A stretch of 63,786 nucleotides of DNA, filler included, from Octopus bimaculoides (Eukaryota): assembly GCF_001194135.2 (NCBI RefSeq). It is 4 parts of 4 records of this genome, joined end to end, with 100 filler letters (N's around TTAATTAATTAA, not from the genome) between each part and the next. Parts side by side here need not be neighbours in the genome. Positions count along the whole stretch, not along the records: positions 19,256 to 50,118 come from NC_068988.1; positions 50,219 to 61,796 come from NC_068982.1; 2 more parts are not named here. One strand, given 5' to 3'. Of the stretch, positions 37,290 to 50,250 are shown piece by piece. Numbering within the stretch: position 1 is the stretch's first letter; each line of letters starts with the position of its first letter. Both the position numbers and the translations under genes were made by a program. Under the pieces are notes generated by a model, which was not told where the DNA came from, did no database searches, and was given only the letters and a program-made list of their open reading frames with translations.

Positions 37290-38763
37290 CTTCTACATAG
37301 TCTCCATCTGCCCAATTTACTCACAATCCATTGGTTGACTTAGACCTATACTAGAAGACACATTCCCAAGGTGCCACAAAATGGAACCAAACTCAAAACC
37401 ATGGGGTTGAAAAGGTGAGCTTTCTAACCATACAGCCATGACTGTGCCTATGTAAGAATTCTTCACAGTAATTAAGATAAGGAAATAAAAGTGTAAAAGA
37501 TATCAAATAGTTTATATTATCAGGTTTTCTGCTCTAGGTTTCATTGCTTCAAGTCTTGCCAAAGTGTTTTCATGTGCCTATATAAATATATATAAAACAA
37601 TTGCAGTGTAGTAGAAGATACATATTAGCCATTCAAAAACATACAAAATCTTCACAAAATGGTGACACTAAATATTAATGAAGTTATATTTTTTGTGTTT
37701 TGAATAGCTAAAATATGTTGTCCATGCTGTAATTATTTTAGTTTCAACTTATGGTCCCAGATCAAATTGCCACGCAAATACATCTTTGAAAAAATATATA
37801 TATACTCCCAGTAAAATATAGTAATTTAACACTTTAGCATTGTCAACTGTATTACTTATATATTCACGTTTTATAAAATTAACCCTGTATTATCACATAA
37901 GTTTGAGATTTCAAAGATTTAATTGTTTAATTTTAGAATGACATTGCAGGGTTGGTGTGAAAGGCTGAATCTGGCCATTTTGAATATAAAACAGGCAGAA
38001 TATTCGGACCAGTTTAAATGCTAAAGGGAGAAGGCCTCCATATAATAGCTTGATCTGCTTGAAATAATAGCTGCCAAATTTCCTTCAGTTCAGAGCTTTT
38101 CATTTCATTGTTAAAAAAAAGGTGGTGAGATCTATATTAGAGTATGTAGTCCTAGACAGATTCTGTTCTCTCTGAATAAAGGATTGATGGTGACGATCAC
38201 AATGGGAACATCTTTTAATCATGAACCTGCTGAATAAAGAGTGATATGGAGTTAAAAAAACAAAAAAAAAAAAAAACTGTATTGCTGAAATTGGTGTGCA
38301 AGACAAAAAAAAAAAGAAGAATACAGAACCCTAAAATAACAGAAAGAAAAAGAAAATTGTTTGAAATATTGAAACTGAAGTGGTGGCTAGATAGCTGGGG
38401 CTGGGGGAATGGGCTCTCTAGCCTGGAACAGCTAGTCAGGTGCAGGAACTGTCACCTGGCTCTGTAGTGAGGGAGAGGAGAGATAAATAAGGGCTGGCTG
38501 TCGCTTGGTGTGTTAGGGTAGGGTATGCTGCTACATGACAGAATTATGAATGAATATCTTTCACAAGATGAAGAAGCTTGAAAAGAAATAAGATTGTGGC
38601 TGCTCTTTTCATTTTGTGAAATTAGAGGCATTGTAGGATAGTCATGTTTCAGTTCAAATGTTTTTGATTCCTTGAGGTCATTGTTTTAGAAATCTTTTCA
38701 TTTCCTTCAGGTCTTTTGTTTTGCTAAAATATCAAGGCTCTTATTTCAATTTTATTCTGTTTG

Positions 38764-38799
<36 letters not shown>

Positions 38800-39879
38800 A
38801 TGAGAGAGAGAGAGATAATGTAACTTTTTCAATGTCTTGGCAGGAAGAATTCTTGGCTTTGAGCTAAACAGTGTGTGTGATGTATATGTACTGTGTTTCG
38901 TGTTTATGCGTGCATTTTATGTGTGTATTTGTGTAAATGTTTTATAATTCTGTTCTGTGTGATTTGTTCATTTTTCAGATATGTCTGATGAAAACAGTTT
39001 GCTTGTTTGTAATATACTAATGTATTGTTTGATATTTTTTTAGCCTTAGGTCAACCCTCAGTGATTAGACATTTGATCAAAGGCATTTCAGCCTGGACCA
39101 CCTCATCTTTGAGTATTTCTAGGACTGCTTTGTTTAATGTCGCTTTCTCGTTTTAAGACAGTATGTGATGATGGGATTTAACTTCTATTTTTAGCAGTGC
39201 AAATTACTACATAATGACTCTAACAGTGATGTGGAATGGTAATGAAGCTGTTTATTCTTTTTTACACTTCTTTTATTATCTGCAATATGGATTCAAAGCA
39301 ATGTTGCTGCTCTATTTTATATTCCATTGCTGGGGTAGTTTCTTGGGTTTCTGTCTCAATTGTATGGCATTTGACCATTTAAGATGGTTGATGCTTATTC
39401 TGGCATTAGACTGTACCTCCTCTTCAATTTTTACCTAGCAAGACCTGGCTATAAAGGACTGAACAGCTCTGCAGTTATTCAACCTACTCAAACCCAACCT
39501 TGTTGAAAGGACAGTAGGATTGAAAACCTTTAATCAAATAACTGCTCATTAAAAGGAAAGTTTGTCTGTAGATCATCCTCATCATTAATTTAAGGCTCAC
39601 ATTTTCATGCTTGTATGGGCCAGAGGGAGCTTATTGAAGCAGATTTTCTATGGTAGGATGCTGTTCCTGTCGCCAACCCTCTCCTGTTTCCAGGTGAAGT
39701 AATATTTCTCCATGGCCAGACATGATTTTTAGCAAAATATTGAAAATGAATGACACTGCTTATATGACAGTGATTCTCATTTACAATTATTACTCAATGT
39801 CAACACAAAGAAACACACACACATATTTTGTTCAGCATGCTAACAATTCTGCCAGTTTGCTTGTAATAATAATAATAAT

Positions 39880-40015
39880 AATAATAATAATCCTTTCTAT
39901 TAAAGGTACAAGACCTGCAATTTTGGGGTTGTTCAACTGGTACTTATCTTATTGATAGACGAAATGCTGCTAAGCATCTTGCCTGGTGTGCTAACAATTC
40001 TGCCAGCTTACCACC
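39880..40015 (-). mobile_element. Internally deleted SINE A2 between (TAA)n tracts
   Basis: AATCCTTTCTATTAAAGGTACAAGACCTG tail and CCAGCTTACCACCTT head, with TAA repeats on both sides. Confidence 0.7.
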
Positions 40016-40717
40016 TTAATAATAATAATAATAATTATAATTATAATAATGATTACCCCCTGGTGTTGTGCTCTTGGAATGTTCCTCAGATATATTCATT
40101 TTTTTTTCTACTTTTTTTTTACTTGTTTCAGTCATTGGACAGTGGCCATACTGGGGTAATCCCTTGATGGGTTTGGTTGAACAAATCAATCCCAGTGCAT
40201 ATTTTTTTAAGTCTGGCACTTATTCTCTTGGTGTTTTTTGCCAAACTGCTAAGTTACAGGGATATAAGCAAACTAACAACTGTTGTCAAGCAGTGGTGGA
40301 CACACACATACATACACACATGATGGGCTTCTACCCTGAGAGGACTTGCCCAAGGCACCATGCAAAGCAAACTTCTTAACCACACACACACACACACACA
40401 CATTCTTCTTTCTCTCTCGCATTGTCACTGAAACTTATATATTGAGTTCTTGTAAATTTGGTAAATGATGAGTTTGAATTTGATTTGGATTTTTCGTGTT
40501 TATGTGGACCTAAGATTTAGACAATTAAAATAATAAATAGTAGAGTGCAAGGAGGTATAAGGAGGCTTGTTTTTTTTGTTTTTTTTGTAATGGTTTTATA
40601 GATATAATAGTTTTAAAAATTCATGGATATAAAAGTATAGAAGCAGATATAAAAGTAGTCGAATAGACAGATACAGCTTGATCAATAGACTGATGGATAA
40701 ATAGACAGGCAGGTGCT

Positions 40718-40767
<50 letters not shown>

Positions 40768-41644
40768 GATAGATAGGTAGATATGCAGATAGATATGCAG
40801 ATGCATAGATAGGTAGATAGATCAGTTGGTAGATATTAATAATTAAACAGTTTAGATTCAATATATCCATATACTAGAACTTATGGCCAGGAAAAAGCAA
40901 ATCTTAACCTTGACTAGAATTTTACTGAATCACCATGTGTGTTGGATATAGCATAGAATATTTAGTTGATTTTTCTCTACTAACTGCTCTCTCTCTCTCT
41001 CTTTCTCTAATTAGTTTCCCCCCTCCCCTGAGAGCAATTACTCTCAATTTCATTCATACATACAATTTCATGAAATGTTTAGGTTAATGATGGTGGTGGT
41101 GGGTTTTACAAAAACGTGTGTGGATGAATAAAGCAGTCATATAAAAACCAGGTATAGGTCAGGAACATTATACAAAGAGGACCCTTTTAAAATTCTACAT
41201 ACAAATAAGGACATGATATAATTAAATAACTATAACGGTGGTTCTCTCACAAATACCAGGCCCTGAAATTTTTTGCCCCTTTCCCTCTTTTTTTTTATTA
41301 TTAGAATGACAAAATACTTTGCATTCATGCAATTCTTCTTTTCTTTGCTGTGGTCTTGGACAAGTTTGAAAGTTTAAACTCCTCTTAATTTTATTAGATA
41401 TAGCAATTTAATCTGTCCCCTTTTTAATTCTCACAGTCCCCTCCTTTAGATGGTGGTGGGGGAGAGGGTTGGTTTCCCATCCCTATGCCTATGAGAAACT
41501 TTGTTCTGTAAAGAAAATATAACTAGAACAAATTATAATAATGATATTTAAATCTGACATAAAATTGTTTCACATGGCTGAATAATAATCCTTACTTTCT
41601 TGATTGTTACTTATTTTATTGGGATACGAACTCAGAATATGTAA

Positions 41645-42000
41645 ATCATCATCATCATGATCCTTTAACATCAGTTTTCCACACTGGCATGGGTTGGATG
41701 GGTTGACCAGAGCTGGCAAGCCGGAGAGCTACACCAGGCTCCAGTCTGATTTCACTTGGTTTCTATGGCTGGATGCCCTTCCTAACACCACCCACTTTAC
41801 AATATGATGTACTGGGTACTTTTTACATGGCACCAGCATGAGCACTACTGTGTGACACTGGCATGTGTGCTCTTTATGTGGCACCAGCACAGAACTCTTG
41901 CAGGTCAATCTTCTTCACTAGCAAAAGCCAGTTTGGGGGGGGGGGGGCACTGGCGTTGATCACGCTTGGATGGTGCTTTTCACATACCACCGGGCATAGG
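41645..42000 (-). mobile_element. RTE-like 3' repeat (family D) with (GAT)n tail
   Basis: CATCATCATCATGATCCTTTAACATCAG...GGCTGGATGCCCTTCCTAAC. Confidence 0.65.
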
Positions 42001-42034
42001 GAGTCAAATGATTTTTGTTTTCTGCAGGGTAGCA

Positions 42035-42665
42035 AATAAAGGGGACATTACAAGGATAATTTACAATTTGTGTTTGTTGGTGGTGGGAGGTTACATTAAA
42101 GATGAGAAGGAAAGAGAAAGGAAGGTGAAATGAGATAAAAGCATACATAGTATACAAAATATGTGAACACCTGAATGATGCAGCCCTCCTGATACAGGAA
42201 ATCCTCTAACTAGGGCAAATTAAAAGAAACACACATCCAGAATCATCCTGCCCACCAAGGACACAAACCTTTACCCAGCTGTTGTTCTCCAATCTACAAG
42301 TGCATATTTAAAACATATTCATTCACCTTAAGTATTTTTGTCACAGTCACCATCCTTTTACTGGAAGGTAGCTCCTTTCTCTTTACCCTCACTTACCTTT
42401 CCAACTGGAACTTTAAAATGTTGATGAGGAGTTGACCAAAAAGGAAGGTGTTTTTCCTCAATCCTTTTCACCACACAACCTTTTTTTGCCATAGCCACTA
42501 GACAAAGGAACACTGCATGCCCTGCTTTGTTACAGGTGGGCTGTGAGGACAATCCTGATGATGGACTTGGCCAATTGTTGGATTTGTCTTACAAATGGCA
42601 ACAACTGTTCCACATAACTCCACGAGTTAGCAATGACTTCTAATAGTCGGACAATACCACCAATT
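42035..42665 (-). mobile_element. L1/Tx1-like LINE 3' relic
   Basis: Track ORF 42358-42552 contains HAVFLCLVAMAKK, homologous to FICLVALAKEVV at 27.8 kb. Confidence 0.7.
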
Positions 42666-43082
42666 TTGTGTGAGTGAGCAGTTGATTAAATCAACTAGTT
42701 TTTTGACTGATATTTTATCAATGTTAGAAGGACGAAGAAAGTACACTGATGGGATTTGAAGACAGAATTTAAAAGAAATTCTCTAAATAATAGCAGAAAG
42801 TATTCAGTTCAAAAGTCTGATTCTTTGATTTCATTACTCTTATAATAATAATGTATACAGATTTGTTTATTTTCTTACATGGGCATGGAGATTTTTATGG
42901 AGGAACTGGGAAATAGAGAAGGTTATTCTTTATTGATATGATTTTCTGCTGCTAAATGGTTTGATCTTAAGGACATTGGATAATGTAATCCAAAATGTTT
43001 GCAGAAAGAAACAGGATGGTCATGGCTAGAATTCCTTTACTCATAGACCTGTTGGCTCAGGGTTGACCTATGGTTGAACAAT

Positions 43083-43320
43083 TGGAGGCACATGGTTTAG
43101 TGGTTAGTGTTGGACAAATGATTGTAAGATAGTGGTTTTGATTCCTGGACTGGGCGACGTGTTGTGTTTTTGAGCAAAACTCTTCATTTCACATTGCTCC
43201 AGTCCACTCAGCTGGTAAAAATGAGTAACGCTACGATGGACTGGCGTCCCATCCAGGTGGAAAATTTATACGCCATGGTAACCGGGAAACCAGCCCTTAT
43301 GAGTTGGCATGACTTGAAAA
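43083..43320 (+). mobile_element. SINE family C
   Basis: TGGAGGCACATGGTTTAGTGGTTAG head and GTGTTTTTGAGCAAAAC centre. Confidence 0.8.
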
Positions 43321-43599
43321 GTTACCTTTCACTTTTCTGTAATTAAACAATAAAAGCTGCAGTGGAAGCAGCAACAATAATCGTTACACAAACGTGGCAC
43401 TGTACGGTTACTTAATCAGCTAGAAGTAGCAGCCAGATTACTTTTAAATCAAAAGGAAAGGATACATTGGATAATTTCCAAGATTTATTTCCTACATGTC
43501 ATGCAACCATGTAGAGATGCCCTCGTGATTTCTTTGTCGGGTGCTAGGTTTACATTTATTGGAGAATAAGCTTTAAGATTCTGTTATTGTTGATACTCT

Positions 43600-43822
43600 T
43601 TACTCTTTTATTCTTTTACTTGTTTCAGTCATTTGACTGTGGCAATGCTGGAGCACTGCCTTTAGTCGAACAAATCAACCCCAGGACTTATTCTTTGTAA
43701 GCCTAGTACTTATTCTGTCGGTCTCTTTTGCCAAACCACTAAATTATGGGGATGTAAACACACCAACATTGGTTGTCAAGCGATGAGGGCGGGGCAAACA
43801 CAGATACACAAACATATACACA

Positions 43823-43882
<60 letters not shown>

Positions 43883-44035
43883 CGACAGGCTTTTTTTCAG
43901 TTTCTATCTACTAGATCCTCTCACAAGGCTTTGGCCAACCCCAGGCTATGGTAGAAGACACTTGCCCAAGGTGCCACGCAGTGGGACTGAACCCGGAACT
44001 ATGTGGTTGGGAAGCAAGTTACTTACCACACAACC
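43600..44035 (-). mobile_element. SINE family B, full length
   Basis: Runs from tail TTTTACTTGTTTCAGTCATTTGAC to head CTTACCACACAACCAC; core GACACTTGCCCAAGGTGCCACGCAG. Confidence 0.9.
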
Positions 44036-44769
44036 ACGGGTATTTTGCAGAACATTAGGCTATTATTTCTAGCAGTTCTAGAGGCCCCTTAGTAAATAGG
44101 TATGTGTGTGTGAGGACTGCAGGAGTGGTTGAAAGGTGTATTGGGGATATCATGTGTGTGTGTGTTGTAATGTATAGGTGTGCTGTTCTAACATAACAGT
44201 TTATAGGTGGGTGGTACAACAGTGTGTAGGTGTATACATAGCCTCACCTACCTACCTTCCCTACCTGCCTACCTACCCCCCTATCCTTACCTTCCCCCCA
44301 ACTTGAGTCTACAGTTGACTTTCATTCAGTTTTGTTGTTGTCTACCCTCAACTACAGGATACTGGCTCCCATTAATCCTTTCTTCTTCTACTTAAAATGG
44401 GGGTTGAAGGGGTGGATGGATTCTAAAGCTCCCTCCCTAAACCTCTCCCTCCCTCCCTCTCTCTCTCTCTCCAGCATACAAGCAAGGAGCAGAGGTGGAG
44501 GGAAGACAACTCCCTAGTCTCTCTGCCCTTTCTCTTTTCCTCCCCCTCCCCCTCCATCGTAATTGCTATAGTATTGTGTGTTTGTGTTAAGTCAATATAG
44601 GGAGTTTAGTTGAGATGGTTGTGAAGGAGACTCCTGATGCTAGCTGGGGGTGTGTGTGTGATAAAGAGTTAGAGAGGGAATTGAAAAAAAAAGAAATGGC
44701 GAAGGGGGAGGTACCCCCCCCCGTAACTCTGCATATCAGACCTCTACCTCCCACCTTGTTCTCAGCTAT

Positions 44770-45260
44770 TGCCAGAGCTACTAACACTGCTACTACCACC
44801 ACCACCACCACCACTTAATTACTAGTAGTATGATAATTACTATTACAACCACAGTTGTTACTACTATCATAATCCATACTACTACTACCATTATTATTGT
44901 CAGCTTCATCTCCTATAACTACCACCCCCACAACAACTATTACTACTACTACTACTACTACACTATAACTACTACCACAACTGATACTACCACCCATGTG
45001 TGCTGTCACCTTCAGTCCTCACCATGATTGTTACCTTTCTTTCACAATCTTTTCTGATATTTTATTTTCCCTTTCATCTTCCTACCCCACCAGAGGGGTT
45101 GTGGGGCAGGGGGGGTTTCAATACTACTGCTAACTACTACTACAACATTATGGTTGTGATAGTAGTTGTGCCCCCCCCCCCACCGGGTAGATGGGTGGGT
45201 GATGGTTGTTCCCCACCCACCCAACCCTGTATCCACCTCTACCTCCCACTTCCATCTCTN
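44770..45260. repeat. Low-complexity ACT/ACC trinucleotide-rich tract
   Basis: Imperfect (ACC)n and (ACT)n runs. Confidence 0.75.
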
Positions 45261-45786
45261 NNNNNNNNNNNNNNNNNNNNNNNNNNNNNNNNNNNNNNNN
45301 NNNNNNNNNNNNNNNNNNNNNNNNNNNNNNNNNNNNNNNNNNNNNNNNNNNNNNNNNNNNNNNNNNNNNNNNNNNNNNNNNNNNNNNNNNNNNNNNNNNN
45401 NNNNNNNNNNNNNNNNNNNNNNNNNNNNNNNNNNNNNNNNNNNNNNNNNNNNNNNNNNNNNNNNNNNNNNNNNNNNNNNNNNNNNNNNNNNNNNNNNNNN
45501 NNNNNNNNNNNNNNNNNNNNNNNNNNNNNNNNNNNNNNNNNNNNNNNNNNNNNNNNNNNNNNNNNNNNNNNNNNNNNNNNNNNNNNNNNNNNNNNNNNNN
45601 NNNNNNNNNNNNNNNNNNNNNNNNNNNNNNNNNNNNNNNNNNNNNNNNNNNNNNNNNNNNNNNNNNNNNNNNNNNNNNNNNNNNNNNNNNNNNNNNNNNN
45701 NNNNNNNNNNNNNNNNNNNNNNNNNNNNNNNNNNNNNNNNNNNNNNNNNNNNNNNNNNNNNNNNNNNNNNNNNNNNNNNNNNNNNN

Positions 45787-46905
45787 GTGTGAGTGCACGT
45801 TAAATAAGCTGCGTAAATACACACGTTAAAGTGTGTATGTATGCCATGCGTCTAGGTGGGTTTCTGGAGTTGTGGGTGTAGATATGGAAGGGAGGTGTGG
45901 ACTGGTTTTTAGTGCATGGAGAGTTAAGTGGTTGAGCTGATGGATGGATGGATGGATTTGTGTGGGAAGTTAATGTTTGGGATATATGGTGCAGACTCCA
46001 GCTGGAGTTAGTGTGTATGTATATGTGAAGGTGCTCTCTTTCTGTATTCCGCACACACACACACACAAATCTCACTCATGGTCTCACCTCAGCCACCCCC
46101 TCCTCCATATGTGTTTGTGTGTATGTTTGAAGATCAATTGATTTTACATGAGAAAAACCTAAGACTTTGTTCACCTTGTGGCTACCCTGAGTTTTCTATT
46201 TTTATTCTTAGTTACTAATTTTGAGATGAGCAACTCTAAGAAATTGAAGTTTAGCATCGCTGGGTTCAACTATTATTACCTAATATTTTATTGTCAAATA
46301 TGATTTAAATATACATATCATNNNNNNNNNNNNNNNNNNNNNNNNNNNNNNNNNNNNNNNNNNNNNNNNNNNNNNNNNNNNNNNNNNNNNNNNNNNNNNN
46401 NNNNNNNNNNNNNNNNNNNNNNNNNNNNNNNNNNNNNNNNNNNNNNNNNNNNNNNNNNNNNNNNNNNNNNNNNNNNNNNNNNNNNNNNNNNNNNNNNNNN
46501 NNNNNNNNNNNNNNNNNNNNNNNNNNNNNNNNNNNNNNNNNNNNNNNNNNNNNNNNNNNNNNNNNNNNNNNNNNNNNNNNNNNNNNNNNNNNNNNNNNNN
46601 NNNNNNNNNNNNNNNNNNNNNNNNNNNNNNNNNNNNNNNNNNNNCTTCGATGCAGCATCAACGAGTGTCAGCGTCCGACTGATCGTCGTGTCAAGTTCCC
46701 CTTTTTATATCTGTGTGAGTGCACGTTAAATAAGCTGCGTAAATACACACGTTAAAGTGTGTATGTATGCCATGCTTCTAGGTGGGTTTCTGGAGTTGTG
46801 GGTGTAGATATGGAAGGGAGGTGGGGACTGGTTTTTAGTGCATGGAGAGTTAAGTGGTTGAGCTGATGGATGGATGGATGGATGGATTTGTGTGGGAAGT
46901 TAATG
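45787..46905 (+). repeat. ~190-bp near-identical direct repeat (45787-45975 and 46713-46905) next to gaps
   Basis: The copies differ by two substitutions and one extra TGGA unit. Confidence 0.85.
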
Positions 46906-47124
46906 CAATTTAAAGTATTATTAAAATAAATATAAATTTGGGTTAGGGTGTGTGTAATATAAATTACACACACAGAGGCTTCTGCACAGTTTTCACTAGT
47001 AAGCCCAGGACTCTTGTAGAAGGCTCTTGCTCAAATTGTAACATGGTGAGACTGAATCTAAAACCTTGTGATTGCAAAAGTGAGCTTTGTACCACACAGT
47101 AATACCCTAAATATATATTATTTT

Positions 47125-47470
47125 ATTCTTTTATTCGTTTCAATCATTTTGACTGCAGCCATGCTGGAGCACTGCCTTTAGTTGAGCAAATCGATCCCAG
47201 GATTTATTCTTTGTAAGCCTAGTACTTATACTACCGGTCTCTTGTGCCGAACAGCTAAGTTATGTGGACGTAAACACACCAGCATCAGTTGTCAAGTGAT
47301 GGTGGGACACACACACACACACATACATACATATATATGTATATACAACGGGCTTCTTTCAGTTTCCGTCTACCAAATCCACTCACAAGGCTTTGGTCAG
47401 CCCTAGGCTATAGTAGAAGACGCTTGCCCAAGGTGCCACGCAGTGGGACTGAACCTGGAACCATGTGGTT
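47125..47470 (-). mobile_element. SINE family B
   Basis: Tail CAATCATTTTGACTGCAGCCATGCTGGAGCAC through GGAACCATGTGGTT. Confidence 0.85.
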
Positions 47471-48645
47471 TAAATGCTAAAGTGTTAGAAGAAGTTTGGG
47501 GAAAAACAATTATGCATGCCAGACAAGAATGTAGATGTGGTCCAGGTAAATTCAAAGAACTACTTATTTGGGTGACATGACAGTGCTAATAAAAAAATGA
47601 ATATAATAGGCATGGTTAGGGAGCCCACTTTGCAGCCATGTGGTTTCAGATTCAGTCCCACTGCCTGGCACTTTAGGCAAGTGTCCTNNNNNNNNNNNNN
47701 NNNNNNNNNNNNNNNNNNNNNNNNNNNNNNNNNNNNNNNNNNNNNNNNNNNNNNNNNNNNNNNNNNNNNNNNNNNNNNNNNNNNNNNNNNNNNNNNNNNN
47801 NNNNNNNNNNNNNNNNNNNNNNNNNNNNNNNNNNNNNNNNNNNNNNNNNNNNNNNNNNNNNNNNNNNNNNNNNNNNNNNNNNNNNNNNNNNNNNNNNNNN
47901 NNNNNNNNNNNNNNNNNNNNNNNNNNNNNNNNNNNNNNNNNNNNNNNNNNNNNNNNNNNNNNNNNNNNNNNNNNNNNNNNNNNNNNNNNNNNNNNNNNNN
48001 NNNNNNNNNNNNNNNNNNNNNNNNNNNNNNNNNNNNNNNNNNNNNNNNNNNNNNNNNNNNNNNNNNNNNNNNNNNNNNNNNNNNNNNNNNNNGTGATTTG
48101 AGATTTGAATGCTATTTCTACCAATTCAAGCAATTCATAAAGACAGGTTCCCCTGTTGGCTAATTTGGAAGGGTTATTTGTCTTGTGTGTCCCGGTTAGG
48201 ACATATTATTTGTAAGAGGCAAACCTTTTTCAGTGACGACCAGCTGCTAACCCCATACAATGTGCAATTTTCACCTTTCATAATACAGCTCAGTTATCTT
48301 GGATTGTGCTTTCACCACATGCGTGCACACAAACACACACACACACACACACACTCCCTTTTTACTGTATCTCTCTCACAAAAGGGCCACCTGCTTGATA
48401 ACCCTCCTCTCCCCTAAACATGATGGGTGTCTTTTCCAGTTTTGTTGGGTGTGGTTAGAAGCAAGGTGTATGTGTAGTGAATAGTTTGGCAATTGATGTC
48501 AAGATAGCTTTGATAGCCTTATTTATCTTCTTAATAAAGTGCTTTAAATGTTCTCCTCACATGATGAAAAGGCTTCATTTCAATCCTGGGCCTATAAAAT
48601 ATCAACACCAACAACAGAAGCAAGTTTCCTGTTTATTTGCTACCC

Positions 48646-48649
<4 letters not shown>

Positions 48650-48686
<37 letters not shown>

Positions 48687-49200
48687 GCTTTCTTGTATTC
48701 CCTTCTCTTCCGTTTTTATTTCTCTTTACTTTCATTTCACTCTATATACTCACACTCTCTCTCTCTCTTTACTCACTCTCTCTTTCTTTACTCCCCCCCT
48801 CTCTCTCTCTCTCTTTACTCACTCTCTCTTTCTTTACTCACTCTCTCTTTCTTTACTCATTCTCTCTTTCTTTACTCACTCTCTCTTTATTCACTCTCTC
48901 TTTACTCACTCTCTCCCTTTACTCACTCACTCTCTTCCTTTACTCACTCACTCTCTCCCTTTACTCACTCACTCGCTCTCACTTTACCCACTCACTCTCT
49001 CCCTTTACCCACTCACTCTCTCACTTCACTCACTCTCTCCCCCTCTGTATATACCCATCTCTCTTTACTCTTGTCCTCTCTCCATTCATTTTCTTACCCC
49101 TTTTCCACTCACCCACCATTATTCTCTTCACTCACCCACCCTCTCTCTCTTTACTTACCATTCTCACCCCCCTCCCCAAACTCATCACTCATCCCTATAT
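48650..49200. repeat. (CT)n plus CTTTACTCACTCT-like minisatellite
   Basis: Direct low-complexity tandem units; these generate the spurious Leu/Ser/His/Thr ORFs in the track. Confidence 0.85.
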
Positions 49201-49870
49201 GACAGGACATGTTCAGTAACTCTATCTACATCTACAACACAATATCAATAAGTTACAAACTTCCAGCCCCCTCATCGTTTCCCAGGCTGGTCACAGAATT
49301 CTCTAATAAACATGGTCACTGAGTGACCTTTGTTGTCTGGTGAAATCCCTAGTAATCTTCTCCTTGGCAGAGTTCCCAGTCCGAACTTTCAGATAAAAAT
49401 AGCCCCCTTCCTTCCATTGAATTCTTGTTAATTTATCTTATTGCTGTAACTAACATGCTGGAGGTGATGGAGATTATTAGGTTCCCATGGACTGGGGCAC
49501 AACTGTTTGTGGTCACTCAATGACCTGCTAGAAATAACTGCCAAACCTTTTTCTGATTATGTACTGCTATCTTAATAAGGAAAAGACTCACTGAATAATG
49601 TAGTCTAGTCTACATACACTCTATGACAGGATAGAAGGCACCTCTTATTTATCATCATCATCATTGTTTTAACATTCTACTTTTCTATACTTGCCTGAAT
49701 CAGATAGTCTACAGTTGGATGCTCTTCCTGTTGCTGACCCTTGTCTGTTTTTGAGTAAGGTAATATTTTCTCCTTGACTAGACATGTTTCTACTGAAGAT
49801 TGGAAACAAAAGACATCGCTTGTAAAAGATTGAAGAGGAACACGAGTATATATATATATATATATATATA

Positions 49871-50118
49871 TCATCATCATCATCATCATCATCATCGTTT
49901 AACGTCCGCTTTCCATGCTAGCATGGGTTGGACGATTTGACTGAGGACTGGTGAAACCGGATGGCAACACCAGGCTCCAGTCTAATTTGGCAGAGTTTCT
50001 ACAGCTGGATGCCCTTCCTAACGCCAACCACTCAGAGAGTGTAGTGGGTGCTTTTACGTGTCACTCGCACGAAAATGGCCATGCTCGAAATGGTGTCTTT
50101 TATGTGCCACCCACACAA
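49871..50118 (-). mobile_element. RTE-like 3' repeat (family D), CpG-retaining, (GAT)n tail
   Basis: CATCATCATCGTTTAACGTCCGCTTTCCATGCTAGCATGGGTTGGACG; no coding sequence is visible, so the RTE label is tentative. Confidence 0.65.
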
Positions 50119-50218
50119 NNNNNNNNNNNNNNNNNNNNNNNNNNNNNNNNNNNNNNNNNNNNTTAATTAATTAANNNNNNNNNNNNNNNNNNNNNNNNNN
50201 NNNNNNNNNNNNNNNNNN

Positions 50219-50250
<32 letters not shown>

